Shown: in pieces, positions 8,070 through 18,437 of the stretch
How positions within the stretch are numbered: the first letter of the stretch is position 1
Layout: each line of letters begins with the position of its first letter
NCBI GenBank assembly: GCA_051866635.1
Contig: JBJDXJ010000006.1
Coordinates: forward strand, 10,287 to 73,646
Direction of reading: 5' to 3'
Length of the DNA: 63,360 nt
Origin: Clostridia bacterium
GTDB taxonomy: Bacteria > Bacillota > Clostridia > UMGS1883
Notes under the pieces: generated by a model
The model's input: the letters and a program-made list of their open reading frames with translations, nothing else
Told to the model about the DNA's origin: nothing
Databases searched by the model: none
Position numbers and translations under genes: made by a program

Positions 8070-9373
8070 TTATATTCCTCCTGCAAAAGTGGCAACAGTA
8101 TATGTGCGGTTACGCCGCCACCTCTATTCTCAGTGTAGCTAAGTCCAAATTCCTTGCCGCACAAAAGTTTTATACGCTTTTGAACATTTAAAATGCCTAT
8201 ACTTTCTGTCTTTGCTTTTTCCTTGTCGTAATGCAGAAGCATCTCATCAATTTTGCTTTTTACACCTTGTTCAAAACCGCTTCCTGTGTCTGATACTTGA
8301 ATTTCTATACAATTTTGATTTGACTTTTTAGCCGATACTGTAATTTCTCCTTTGTAGCCTTTATTTTTAAGCCCGTGAAGGAGGCTGTTTTCGATAATTG
8401 GCTGAAGAATAAAGTTCGGCACAAGTGCATCACCTAAATCAGGATCAACATCACAGTTGTATTTCAGGTTTGGATAACGGCAACACATTAGCTCCATATA
8501 TGCATCTGAAAGCTCTATTTCGTCTTCAAGTACTGTCATCTGCTTGTCTGTTTTTATGCTGAGACGGAAAAAATCCGATAACCGCATCAATAAATCGGCT
8601 GTTTTCTTATCACCGCCAAGCTGTGCCTGAATACGGATTGTATCAAGGGTATTGTACAGAAAGTGGGGATTTACCTGACTTTTTAAATACAGCATTGACA
8701 TTCTCTGCTCAGTAAGCTCCGCACGAAGTATATCGGGATTTTCCAGAGTTAAATAGAATGCAAGGGTCATCAGGGTGATACCCATTCCTGAAATCAGCCA
8801 AGTGGGAATTATTGCTTGTAAAACCAACACGATACCTTCAATTATGAGTGCCACACCGATTGCCGCTTTCTTTTTCCTATCAATTTGTCTGCGATTTTTA
8901 AGCAGCAACCACAGGCACACAAATAAATAAAACGCAACGCTTATGTAGCAGGCAAATACATAAACACCATACGAATAATTTCCCTTTTCCGTGATCGTAT
9001 ACTGCATCGGCAAAATCATTATAAGAAATTCTGCTATTATCAAATATATTTTTGCCGCAAGGTGAAAGCGTACAGGCTTTTTTGTTTCCTCCTCAACCAA
9101 AATGGAAATGTATCTGTAAAACAAATATACAACAATCACCATTGTTCCGATAAACAGCCTGTGTAGAATTTCATTTAAAACAGGCGGTACTGTTTCCAAG
9201 TGATTTACCGTATAAACGGTTGCGGCATCAAACGCAAAATGCAGCGGCGTTATAATCAGCAGTGCCGAAAAGGTTTTGTGCAGAGGCGTATTTCTTCTGC
9301 CCGCACTAAAATATATAAATGCGATGAAAACCAAAACCAAAATCAAGGCTATTTCCATTCTCATCATATGCAA
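8066..9373 (-). CDS. YesM/LytS-type sensor histidine kinase with multi-TM input
   Basis: LKSQVNPHFLYNTL, LQPIIENSLLHG, DTGSGF, IGILNV. Confidence 0.9.
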   Translation of the reverse strand: MHMMRMEIALILVLVFIAFIYFSAGRRNTPLHKTFSALLIITPLHFAFDAATVYTVNHLETVPPVLNEILHRLFIGTMVIVVYLFYRYISILVEEETKKPVRFHLAAKIYLIIAEFLIMILPMQYTITEKGNYSYGVYVFACYISVAFYLFVCLWLLLKNRRQIDRKKKAAIGVALIIEGIVLVLQAIIPTWLISGMGITLMTLAFYLTLENPDILRAELTEQRMSMLYLKSQVNPHFLYNTLDTIRIQAQLGGDKKTADLLMRLSDFFRLSIKTDKQMTVLEDEIELSDAYMELMCCRYPNLKYNCDVDPDLGDALVPNFILQPIIENSLLHGLKNKGYKGEITVSAKKSNQNCIEIQVSDTGSGFEQGVKSKIDEMLLHYDKEKAKTESIGILNVQKRIKLLCGKEFGLSYTENRGGGVTAHILLPLLQEEYK

Positions 9374-9406
9374 TCACTTCCCTTAACAATGCTATATCAG
9401 ATTTTT

Positions 9407-9793
9407 TTATTCTCCTTCATTTTTTCGTTTTCTACTTTTTTGTTGTTTTCTCAGCTCGGTTGCATTTAAGAAAACAGCAATGCAGTTCAGCACCAGTGCC
9501 AAGGGCAGACACCAGTTGGTATGCCCGTCAGGAGACAAACCGAAAATTCCTTGCACCAAAACGAAAATAGAACCTAATTCAAAAACTATTGTCAGAATAT
9601 TCAAAAGAGTTACCTTTTTACAGAACGCAAGGATAAACATCAGTACCATTAAATCCGCATACAATCCGTAAACAATTCCCGTAATCCGACTGCTCCAGGG
9701 GAAGGACATCTCCGGATGCCACATCCCATAAATGACAAAGCCGATGGCGGCAATGAGCATCACACAGGCGGGTATTAAAAATCTTTTTTTCAT
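9407..9793 (-). CDS. Four-TM hypothetical membrane protein
   Basis: Hydrophobic pattern; AGGAGG RBS. Confidence 0.7.
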   Translation of the reverse strand: MKKRFLIPACVMLIAAIGFVIYGMWHPEMSFPWSSRITGIVYGLYADLMVLMFILAFCKKVTLLNILTIVFELGSIFVLVQGIFGLSPDGHTNWCLPLALVLNCIAVFLNATELRKQQKSRKRKNEGE

Positions 9794-9835
9794 CCAAACT
9801 TCCTCCTTATTGAAATAAACATGACCAAAATAGCT

Positions 9836-10129
9836 TTATTTATCTTGGTCATTGTCCTCACCGTGATTTTCTTTCTTTATACAAGTTCCGATAGCAAGAC
9901 CAATCAGCAAGCCCAGTGAGATGCCGATACCGGTATCATTTCCCAGCGAGGTGCCAATGGCTGTGCCAAGGCACATGCCAATACACATACCCTCTGTGCC
10001 GTAATTACCACTTTGTTCTTTCTCCTTTTTCTTTCTCGCATTTATTGCAAAATAAAATGCTATTAGCAGACCAATTGCTATATAAGGCAATGCTGCCATA
10101 AGAAAATCAAATACATTTCTCATAATCAA
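9836..10129 (-). CDS. Glycine-zipper-like membrane protein
   Basis: GMCIGMCLGTAIG...GISLGLLIGLAIG. Confidence 0.7.
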   Translation of the reverse strand: MIMRNVFDFLMAALPYIAIGLLIAFYFAINARKKKEKEQSGNYGTEGMCIGMCLGTAIGTSLGNDTGIGISLGLLIGLAIGTCIKKENHGEDNDQDK

Positions 10130-10239
10130 AATCCATCCTTCCCTTTTTTCAACAAGTTACAGTAATATTATACAAGAAGACTTTTGACGAATATATATGG
10201 ATTTTTAAGCAATATGTGTCCATTTTATAGATATATGTT

Positions 10240-11316
10240 TTATTTATTCTTCTTTTCGCCACTTATACCGCACACGCACCAGCGTAGAATTGGAATACGG
10301 CTGATGATTTCATACAACAGAAAAGCACCTACAAATGCCGCCACACCCACAATAGCATACATGGCTACAGGTGGTAGTTCTGCATAGATATGTAAGTACC
10401 ACGCACACACAGCAAGCGGCAGATAGTGGAACAGATACAATCCCCATGATTTTCTATTCATAAATCGGGATAATGAATTATCAAAATTGCCCCATCGTTT
10501 CATCACTGAAAAAACTGCCAATACCGCTGTCCACGCATACAGATTACATAGGAAAGTATCCAACACTTCGTGTTCTGCATATGGTGCACCCCAAAATCTA
10601 AGGACAAATATAACTCCTGCCAAAAGTGCCACCGGCAAAAAAATCCACCACCATTTTTCCAACTTTTCCATGACTGAATCGTGGGAAAAGATGAAATATC
10701 CAATCAAAAATCCTACGCCGTATATACCAAATCGATACACCACGATGATAGGTGTATTTAGGATTTGAGCGGCTCCCCAAACAACTAGTACCAGAGCAAT
10801 CAAAATGGGTACATTTACCGATTCACAAATCCGATACAGTCTGTCTTTTTCAATTCTGCAAATCAATAGCAAAACCGATGAAAACAGCCATAGCATTTGT
10901 ATGTACCACAAGGGACCTGTGCCGCTTAATGCCATTACGATAAAACGTATAGGCAAAGGTGCCTGTGACAAGCTTTCAAATCCACCGCCTATTAACGTGT
11001 TGTAATACCCAAGAATCCACCAGAACACAAAAAGACCAATAGTTGAAGGCACCAACAGTTTTGTTGTCCTGCTTTTCACAAACTCTTTTGAGGAACTGTG
11101 TTCAAGGGAAAATCTTGCACTCATACCCGAAACAACAAACAAAAGCAGCATAAACCATGGATAAACAATATACTGGTACACATCCTGATACTGCACAGCT
11201 GAAAAAGGTCCAATTACCCCAAAGGTTACAATGCTGTTAAACATATAAATCACGTGGTAAATCACTACCAAAACCACGGTGATCCACCTGATATTGTCAA
11301 CGTAAACTTTTCTCAT
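10240..11316 (-). CDS. Acyltransferase family 3 membrane protein
   Basis: YVDNIR..VVIYH, FMLLLFVVSG, LWYI, SWGLYLFH. Confidence 0.88.
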   Translation of the reverse strand: MRKVYVDNIRWITVVLVVIYHVIYMFNSIVTFGVIGPFSAVQYQDVYQYIVYPWFMLLLFVVSGMSARFSLEHSSSKEFVKSRTTKLLVPSTIGLFVFWWILGYYNTLIGGGFESLSQAPLPIRFIVMALSGTGPLWYIQMLWLFSSVLLLICRIEKDRLYRICESVNVPILIALVLVVWGAAQILNTPIIVVYRFGIYGVGFLIGYFIFSHDSVMEKLEKWWWIFLPVALLAGVIFVLRFWGAPYAEHEVLDTFLCNLYAWTAVLAVFSVMKRWGNFDNSLSRFMNRKSWGLYLFHYLPLAVCAWYLHIYAELPPVAMYAIVGVAAFVGAFLLYEIISRIPILRWCVCGISGEKKNK

Positions 11317-11317
11317 G

Positions 11318-11614
11318 CTATTTCCTCCACCGATATTTTTCTAAATCCACCTTATAGTCCGTAACCTCAATCCCGTCTGATTTGAGTTTTTCTTTTTGCT
11401 TTTCTATACCGCCAAAAGCGTATTTTTCCGAAAGATAACCTTTGCTGTTTACAACCTTATAGCAAGGGTATTTTTCACCGTCCGGATTTTTGTGCAAAAT
11501 ATTTCCCACCGCCCGTGCATAATGCTTGTTTCCTATCATTTCGGCAATCTGAGAATAGGTTATAACCTTACCTTTTGGAATGTTTTGTAAAATTCTATAT
11601 ACTTCTTCCTTCAT
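11318..11614 (-). CDS. MGMT-family DNA alkyl-repair protein (short form)
   Basis: IPKGKVITYSQIA, ARAVG, PCYKVVNSKG. Confidence 0.88.
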   Translation of the reverse strand: MKEEVYRILQNIPKGKVITYSQIAEMIGNKHYARAVGNILHKNPDGEKYPCYKVVNSKGYLSEKYAFGGIEKQKEKLKSDGIEVTDYKVDLEKYRWRK

Positions 11615-12024
11615 ATCAAAACTCCGTTACAATGGTCTATTTCATGTTGAATAATCTGTGCAGTCCATCCCTCAAAGGTTTTGACACGCACTTTAAAATC
11701 CTTCGTCTGATACCTTACTTTAATTTTTTTGTACCTTTTTGTCTTTCTTGGTCCGCCCAAAAGTGACAAACAGCTTTCTTCCGTTTCGTAAACATGGGAT
11801 GCAGTAATAATTTCAGGGTTAAACATTGTTATATACGTTCCATTATCATTAAAACAGATGATACATTTTTTAACACCTATCATATTTGCCGCCATCCCCA
11901 CACAGGACTCCTTGTGAAATATCAATGTTTCCATAAGATCTTCCGCTGTCTGCAAATCGGCAGCTGTTGCCGCTATTGACTTCTGTCCTAAAAATATTGG
12001 GTCGTGCATTAATTCTTTTATCAT
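11611..12024 (-). CDS. def: Peptide deformylase (short, divergent paralog)
   Basis: GMAANMIG, ESCLS, QHEIDH. Confidence 0.85.
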   Translation of the reverse strand: MIKELMHDPIFLGQKSIAATAADLQTAEDLMETLIFHKESCVGMAANMIGVKKCIICFNDNGTYITMFNPEIITASHVYETEESCLSLLGGPRKTKRYKKIKVRYQTKDFKVRVKTFEGWTAQIIQHEIDHCNGVLI

Positions 12025-12189
12025 AATTTACTTCCTTTAAGGTTAAATCTTTTTCTCGTACATTTATCGTTTAAATTTTACAACATCTCTGTAAAACGAT
12101 TATACCTATTTGAAAAACATTTGTCAACTAACCGGTATTGCACCATTTTAAAGAATATTCAATTACTTCTTGCCTATTGTTTATAGTTT

Positions 12190-13662
12190 GTGTTATTGTA
12201 TCTGTATGGAAGTTTTTTGGAGGGAAAGATATTGAATTTGATAAGTTTTCAGCACACCATTCTTTTTATATCTGTTTTCGCTTTACTTGTAGCTTTTATT
12301 GTTTTTAAAATTATTTCATATTCCAACCCCATTGGCTATACTACCGAATTATTTTCTGAAAGCAATGGTCCACTTGAAAATCCCTACTGTGGATTTTATC
12401 ATATTATCGGTTATACCCTATCTGAGGAATATACAAACTCCGACAATTTTGTTTACAGTGTCAAATCATATACTGAACCATTAGTACTTATTGAAATAAA
12501 CCTTAAGAACTATCGCAATTCAGAAATAGGCGAAAAAGGTCTTTCCATGCTAAATGATATTTTGTCGGCATGGGAGCAATCGCCCAAACATACAAAACTT
12601 ATACTACGTTTTCTTTACGATTGGGACGGTACGGCTTTCGCTACAGAGCCAGATTCACTTCAAACAGTTTTAAAGCACATGGAACAATTAAGCCAATTAG
12701 TAAACCGATATAAAGGCACCATTTATATTATGCAAGGTTGTTTTATAGGTGCTTGGGGAGAAATGCATAATTCCAAGTTTGCAAACCTTCACTCAATAAA
12801 AACCCTTATGAACCGTTTAAATGAGCTTATTGACCCTTCTATTTATCTTTCCGTTCGCACCCCTTCACTGTGGCGCGGTATAACAAATTTGTATGAAGTT
12901 CCCGAAAACTTTTCCTTATCTATGAAGGAAAACACAATTGCAAAAAGGCTTGGACTTTTTAATGACGGGATTTTAGGCTCCGAAACTGACCTTGGCACTT
13001 ACGGAAATACATTAAAAAAGGACGCCAATTCTCCATCCCATAAAGGCATAAGGAAAGAGGAATTAGAATTTCAGAATAGGCTTTGCCTTTATGTTCCCAA
13101 TGGCGGTGAAGTTATTTACAACAGTAACCTGTCAGAACTTGAGAGTGCTGCTATGGCACTTAGAAAAATGCATATATCTTATCTTAACGCCGATTATGAC
13201 AGCCGTGTATTGGAACAATGGAAAAAATCAATCTGGAATGGCAGAGATGTATTTAACGGTTCAGACGGCTACAGTTACATCAAGGCTCATCTTGGGTACC
13301 GCTATCTTATAGACTCTTGTAAAATAAAGAAATCTATGCTTATAAACAAAGATTTCACATTGAGCATCATTGTCAAAAATGTGGGCTTTTCAAACGCCTT
13401 AAAGCCCTTTGATGTATCTCTTTCTCTGATTAATGAAGAAACAGGCGATTGCACTACTCTCCCCTTTAATATGGATTTACAAAGCATATACGGAGGAAGT
13501 AAAAAAACCTTCACAGAAAAGCTACCTGTGAAGGAATTAAAAAAAGGTAATTATCTTATTTATTTTTCAGTAAAGGATAAAACAAGCGGACAGACAATTT
13601 TTTTAGGCAACAAAAACGAACTTACTGAAAATGGTTATTTATTGGGGCGGTTTGAAAAATAA
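12190..13662 (+). CDS. DUF4874/DUF4832 protein, putative membrane-anchored glycoside hydrolase
   Basis: LENPYCGFY, ILRFLYDWDG, QGCFIGAWGEMH, GLFNDG, NGGE, HLGYRY; likely start TTG 12232 after GGAGG. Confidence 0.75.
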   Translation: MLLYLYGSFLEGKILNLISFQHTILFISVFALLVAFIVFKIISYSNPIGYTTELFSESNGPLENPYCGFYHIIGYTLSEEYTNSDNFVYSVKSYTEPLVLIEINLKNYRNSEIGEKGLSMLNDILSAWEQSPKHTKLILRFLYDWDGTAFATEPDSLQTVLKHMEQLSQLVNRYKGTIYIMQGCFIGAWGEMHNSKFANLHSIKTLMNRLNELIDPSIYLSVRTPSLWRGITNLYEVPENFSLSMKENTIAKRLGLFNDGILGSETDLGTYGNTLKKDANSPSHKGIRKEELEFQNRLCLYVPNGGEVIYNSNLSELESAAMALRKMHISYLNADYDSRVLEQWKKSIWNGRDVFNGSDGYSYIKAHLGYRYLIDSCKIKKSMLINKDFTLSIIVKNVGFSNALKPFDVSLSLINEETGDCTTLPFNMDLQSIYGGSKKTFTEKLPVKELKKGNYLIYFSVKDKTSGQTIFLGNKNELTENGYLLGRFEK

Positions 13663-13671
13663 TCAGCCGCC

Positions 13672-14880
13672 CTACTTATTGTTTTCTGTAAGTTTTTTTA
13701 CAAGTTGTCCCCTACTGCCCGCCTTTTTCATTATGTCCACGAGGGATCCACGGTTCAACTTTCTGTTGTTGTACAAAAATCTGATTAGCGTTGCAATCCA
13801 TAAAAGGGGCCAAAAGAGTGCTACTTTTCCCAATGCAGGAAAATTAATATGCATCTGATGGTGAAATTCCCTTACATAAGAAACAACCGAATTTCCCTCC
13901 ATCCCAACCATACGTGCCTTTTCGCTATAGCCAAACTCACCTGCATCTAAAATGTCCCTTAAAAATTCGTCCGTAAGGCTATCTTCCGTCAGCTCATCAC
14001 AAGGAAAGGGACTTTTTTCTTTTGTTAAAGAAAGGTACTTAACACAAACGGAATTTACAGCTTTTACAAACTTTTCCGTTCCGCTATCCTGTGCCATTTT
14101 TATAAAATCCTTACGGGTGTTTTCATCGTCACAATTTTCCCACAAAACAACCCAGTCGCAAAGATTTCTGATGCCGAAGCCGCTTCCCACAAAGTGCGTC
14201 AGCATATGAATAATTAGGTAAAACGCCTGCCAAGCCGTGTCATATACATAAATATTTGTCTCATTAAAACTTATCTTTTGGCAATGGTTGCTGCTTTCTT
14301 TTTGAATAGCTTTAAGATATTTATTCAAATGCTTATCCTTAAAATCATCTGCCCATGCAGTATGAAGCTCCACAGTTTCGTTTTTCTCGGAAATCAAGAC
14401 AAAATGATGATTTGCGTGCCACTCCTTTGAAAGTTTAAAGCCGTTTTTGCAGAGAATTTCTCCGGCTTTTTTTGCATCTTCGCCGTTTAAAAAGAATAAG
14501 TCAATATCGCTTGTCTTTCTGTATTCGGGAACGGGGTAAAATCTTGATACGGCATAACCTTTTAAAGTGATTGCCCTTATGCCTTCCTTTTCCAAAAGAA
14601 TAGTAAGATGGGAACTAAGCGACTGCAAGGTAATGGCTTTATGTATGGTCCTTGCCATTTTAATCTGAAAACTCTCTTGCATTTTCTCGGGCATACTATC
14701 GGGTAGTATATTGCCAAGGAGTGTCAAAACCTGGTGACGTTCCGCAAGATAGAAAACACATTCCAATTCTTTACCTCTAAGGCAGGGGATTTCTTTCTCA
14801 CTGCATGTGGTTTTAAGGCTTTCTCCAAGATATTTAAGAAATTTAACTTCTGTTTCACAAATTGTTGAATTTAATGCCAT
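13672..14880 (-). CDS. Nucleotidyltransferase (NTP_transf_5 type)
   Basis: ITLKGYAVSRFYPVPEYRKTSDIDL, VELH, GIRNLCD. Confidence 0.88.
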   Translation of the reverse strand: MALNSTICETEVKFLKYLGESLKTTCSEKEIPCLRGKELECVFYLAERHQVLTLLGNILPDSMPEKMQESFQIKMARTIHKAITLQSLSSHLTILLEKEGIRAITLKGYAVSRFYPVPEYRKTSDIDLFFLNGEDAKKAGEILCKNGFKLSKEWHANHHFVLISEKNETVELHTAWADDFKDKHLNKYLKAIQKESSNHCQKISFNETNIYVYDTAWQAFYLIIHMLTHFVGSGFGIRNLCDWVVLWENCDDENTRKDFIKMAQDSGTEKFVKAVNSVCVKYLSLTKEKSPFPCDELTEDSLTDEFLRDILDAGEFGYSEKARMVGMEGNSVVSYVREFHHQMHINFPALGKVALFWPLLWIATLIRFLYNNRKLNRGSLVDIMKKAGSRGQLVKKLTENNK

Positions 14881-14925
14881 AACATATTTTCCTCGTTATT
14901 TAATAAGTTAAATACAGTATGTTTA

Positions 14926-15744
14926 TTACAGCTTCACTTTTTTAAGAATCTTTCTCGACTGCCACATAAGTCCGTAATGCTTCAATACACATTGAATTTC
15001 CCAAGGCAAAATTTCTTTCAGCCTTTTTATGAAATCGCTTTCGGAAGCATTTCCGTTCCACTTTTCTTCATAGTCGCCCTGTTGCAAAACCAGTGTGCCA
15101 TCTCTGTCCTTTATTTTTTTTGCAACAATATACAGCTCGGCAGGAGTAAAGCCGTTTAACTCGGTGCGATTTGTAATATCGCGTTTTTTAATTTCACGTA
15201 TGGTTTTGGAGCGAAAAGCATTACATAAATAAAGATGCTTTAATTCCATTCCGTTTTTTTCGCAGAAAAGCTGCATGTACAGCATAGGCGATAGTTGATA
15301 AAGACCGTGACCGTTCCAGTTATTTGAGGGAATCAGTCCTATATAATAACCTCCGATATCTAACATATCGATAACATTTTCCATCGCCTTGTCAAAGGAA
15401 AAAACATGCTCTGTTGTTCCGCCGTCTATTATACAGGTGAATTTATTTTTATACTCCATGGGGATAGGCTTGTTAAGATCCCAAACCATATCCGCACCTT
15501 CAAAATCAGAAGCGTCTAAGGAATGAATTTCCTCTGCACCCAAAGAGCTTAAAAAGCCTTCGCAAAATTTTTCCATCTCAAAGTCGCTTTTAAGAACGTC
15601 TTTGTAATCCTTGCAAAATGCCTTAATCTGATGCTTAGTAAGGCAAAGCTCTTGCCTGCCTAACATACATACATTGCTTAAATTGCTTTCCCCTTCTCTT
15701 TTTAAATATCCCAACAACCTTGCACTGCTTGTTTTAATACCCAT
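14926..15744 (-). CDS. Class I SAM-dependent methyltransferase-like protein
   Basis: SLDASDFEGAD..WDLNKPI; IIDGGTTEHVF. Confidence 0.7.
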   Translation of the reverse strand: MGIKTSSARLLGYLKREGESNLSNVCMLGRQELCLTKHQIKAFCKDYKDVLKSDFEMEKFCEGFLSSLGAEEIHSLDASDFEGADMVWDLNKPIPMEYKNKFTCIIDGGTTEHVFSFDKAMENVIDMLDIGGYYIGLIPSNNWNGHGLYQLSPMLYMQLFCEKNGMELKHLYLCNAFRSKTIREIKKRDITNRTELNGFTPAELYIVAKKIKDRDGTLVLQQGDYEEKWNGNASESDFIKRLKEILPWEIQCVLKHYGLMWQSRKILKKVKL

Positions 15745-15757
15745 AACAATTCTCCCT

Positions 15758-16897
15758 CTATAATTTAAATCTTCTTGCTATATAACGCATAAGTGAAATG
15801 CCTCGCTGTATTAAGTTTTTCTTAAGATAAGTGCATAAAGTATCGAAACTTTCACCCTTTTCTACACCTCTATAAAACTTTTTTCTGTTGGGGTGCATTC
15901 TTACAGACCTTCTTGACTCGGCACCCTCGGGCAATGCTTTGTCAAGTATAGCTTCTTTTATGTTAAGATCTTCTTTAATTTTATCAAGCATTTGACTGCC
16001 GTTTTCGGAGTGAACCAAAATAACAGACGTTCCCTTGTCATCATCCATATCGGGCATATATTTCTCTATTCCCCAGCTGTCACCTATTGTCATGTCGCTT
16101 ACTCTGGGAATGCCTTTAAAATGACAGTTATAACAGGAGGGACGCAAAGAAATATTACCTAAAAACATTTGCATAAATTTATCTTCGTAAAATTTTACAC
16201 CATAATGCTGATTATTTGAAAAGTCAATATTCATACAGAAGTTTTTCCATCCCATGTCCTTGCCACGGAATTCTATTTTCTCAATCGGTGCATTATACTG
16301 TTTCTTTTTATCTTCTAAGTACATTTTCCATACTTTAGGTGACGGCACGCCATGGCAAAGAACATCAATCGTATATAAGTTTTCATAATCTTTTTCAAGG
16401 TAGTTTTTCAGCCCTGCAATTTGGCAGGCTGTACCCGTAAACAAAACCTTGCGGTTATTTTCAAGATACTTTTTTGCAATTGGGTAGGAATTTCCTAGGT
16501 CGCTTTGAACGTATTTACTTCCCCTTAGTTTTTTAAGGTCTTCTTCGTTTTCTGCCGCAAGATGGAAAACATTGAAGTTTTCATCGAAGGCGGCTCCGAA
16601 AACAACGCCATTTTCCTTTAAAATCCATTGTGCTACAGAGGAAAATATACCCCCCGAGGAGCTTTGTTTTCTTATTTCTTCGTCTTTTGTATAACCTACA
16701 AATGTTTTGGTTTGTACATCGGGGACTTTTATATTCTCTTTGGGACAAACCATTTCGCACTTATGACAGTTAATACACTTTTTACTATTTATTACAGGAT
16801 AAAGAAAGCCTTCTTTATCCTCTTTCATTTCAATGCATTTTACAGGGCATGTATGTACACAGGCACTGCAACCACAGCAGTTTTCTGTATTTACCAT
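15758..16897 (-). CDS. F420 hydrogenase/dehydrogenase beta-subunit family Fe-S protein (EPS-locus type)
   Basis: Two CxxCxxCxxxCP motifs, SSSGG, GSKYVQS, GTACQI, CHGVPSP, LRPSCYNC. Confidence 0.88.
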   Translation of the reverse strand: MVNTENCCGCSACVHTCPVKCIEMKEDKEGFLYPVINSKKCINCHKCEMVCPKENIKVPDVQTKTFVGYTKDEEIRKQSSSGGIFSSVAQWILKENGVVFGAAFDENFNVFHLAAENEEDLKKLRGSKYVQSDLGNSYPIAKKYLENNRKVLFTGTACQIAGLKNYLEKDYENLYTIDVLCHGVPSPKVWKMYLEDKKKQYNAPIEKIEFRGKDMGWKNFCMNIDFSNNQHYGVKFYEDKFMQMFLGNISLRPSCYNCHFKGIPRVSDMTIGDSWGIEKYMPDMDDDKGTSVILVHSENGSQMLDKIKEDLNIKEAILDKALPEGAESRRSVRMHPNRKKFYRGVEKGESFDTLCTYLKKNLIQRGISLMRYIARRFKL

Positions 16898-18414
16898 CTT
16901 TTCACCTTCCTTGCCATATCCATTAACATACGTTTTTCTTCATTATTACAGCTAAGGGCAACAACAGAAGTGCAATAAATAACGCTGAAAACACAGATGC
17001 TTATAAAAAATACTGCCATATTTTTAAAGGGTACACACCTCATAATAACAATTGCCGCTATCACAGGAATAATCATCCCTTTAAATGTTTTAAATATTTC
17101 TTTCCAGAAGTACTTCATATCTATCTTTAAAGCCTTATGGTAAAAAACATTCATAATCAATATATTTGCAGTGACAAGACCAATGGCAGTTCCTGCCGAT
17201 GCACCCACTGCACCAAACCTGTTTGCCAAAGGTATACTTATAAATATATTTAAGATTGCCATTATTAAATAAATAATTGACCTGAACTGGTGCTTATTAA
17301 GTGCCCTTTGCATTTCAATGCCAACATTCTGAATAAGCGGAATGATTGCAGGCAGTATCAGAAACAGTGCGACTGTATAGGCATCTTCATAGCCATTTCC
17401 GGCGTAGATATTTACAATAAAATACTTTCCGAAAATAATAAATCCTAAGGTTGGAAGCCCTAAAATAAGCCATTGTATTCTGCCGATTTTAGCCATAAGA
17501 TTTGTGTAATCCTTTATGTACCCATCCCCCTTTTGTGCCGCGATAAGATTGACACGCGGTGCAAAAACAGATGAAATTGTTGTGGAAAAGGTCATAAACA
17601 GGCTGTTAAACTGACATGCAACACCATATATCGCCACTTCGTCAGTTCCGTTTGTATGCCCCAAGATGAGCTTATCAACATTCCAGTTTATCTGGTCAAT
17701 TATCATATTTATAAAAAGGAATGAGCTGAACAATGCTATCTCTTTTAACTGACCCCACTCAAACCTTTTGAATGAAATGGGGATTTTTATTTTTTTTAAG
17801 CAAAACCATATATTTACCATAAGACGGACAATGGTGATGACGGTTGTAACTGTGACCAGCATAATGCTCCTGTAACCCATAATCAGTAGCGGAAGAGCTA
17901 CAAAGGGATTTACAACCGTAGCGGCAAGACCTATAAGACGCTGAAACACAAACTTTTCATAAGCACTTATAATAGATGCAAGAATACCATTTATAAGAGA
18001 AATTGCTATATTCACAACCAAGATGAGCATTAATATTCTGGCTTTAGACAGCTCTGAATCCGACAATTTGGCACCAAAAATCTCTTTTGGAAAAAAGCTT
18101 AATACTACACCGCATATTGTTGCAATCAATGCCAACACAATAAACAGAGTTAAAAACATTCCGTTTAAAGAGGCAGTTTTTTCTCTGTCATTATAGGACT
18201 TAGCAAAAAACCGCATATAGGCACCTGAAAAGCCAAGACTGAACAGACTCAAATAACTGACAACACCTGAAACAAGTGAATAAAGACCATATTCGCTTTG
18301 CCCCAGCAGTCTTATCATAACGGGCATATATACAAGCTGTATAACAATTGAAACCGCAGTTGATATGTATGATAACACAACGCCTGCTTTTAACTGATTT
18401 TTAATTTGCATCAC
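16891..18414 (-). CDS. wzx: Oligosaccharide flippase (Wzx/MATE family)
   Basis: Many TM segments; LGQSEYGLY; VDKLILG. Confidence 0.88.
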   Translation of the reverse strand: MMQIKNQLKAGVVLSYISTAVSIVIQLVYMPVMIRLLGQSEYGLYSLVSGVVSYLSLFSLGFSGAYMRFFAKSYNDREKTASLNGMFLTLFIVLALIATICGVVLSFFPKEIFGAKLSDSELSKARILMLILVVNIAISLINGILASIISAYEKFVFQRLIGLAATVVNPFVALPLLIMGYRSIMLVTVTTVITIVRLMVNIWFCLKKIKIPISFKRFEWGQLKEIALFSSFLFINMIIDQINWNVDKLILGHTNGTDEVAIYGVACQFNSLFMTFSTTISSVFAPRVNLIAAQKGDGYIKDYTNLMAKIGRIQWLILGLPTLGFIIFGKYFIVNIYAGNGYEDAYTVALFLILPAIIPLIQNVGIEMQRALNKHQFRSIIYLIMAILNIFISIPLANRFGAVGASAGTAIGLVTANILIMNVFYHKALKIDMKYFWKEIFKTFKGMIIPVIAAIVIMRCVPFKNMAVFFISICVFSVIYCTSVVALSCNNEEKRMLMDMARKVKRW

Positions 18415-18437
18415 TTTTGGTCCTTTTCTGAGTTAAT

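Noticed and set aside
15758-16897. True F420-reducing hydrogenase
   Set aside because: No partner subunits; this family is a common passenger of EPS loci next to pyruvyltransferases
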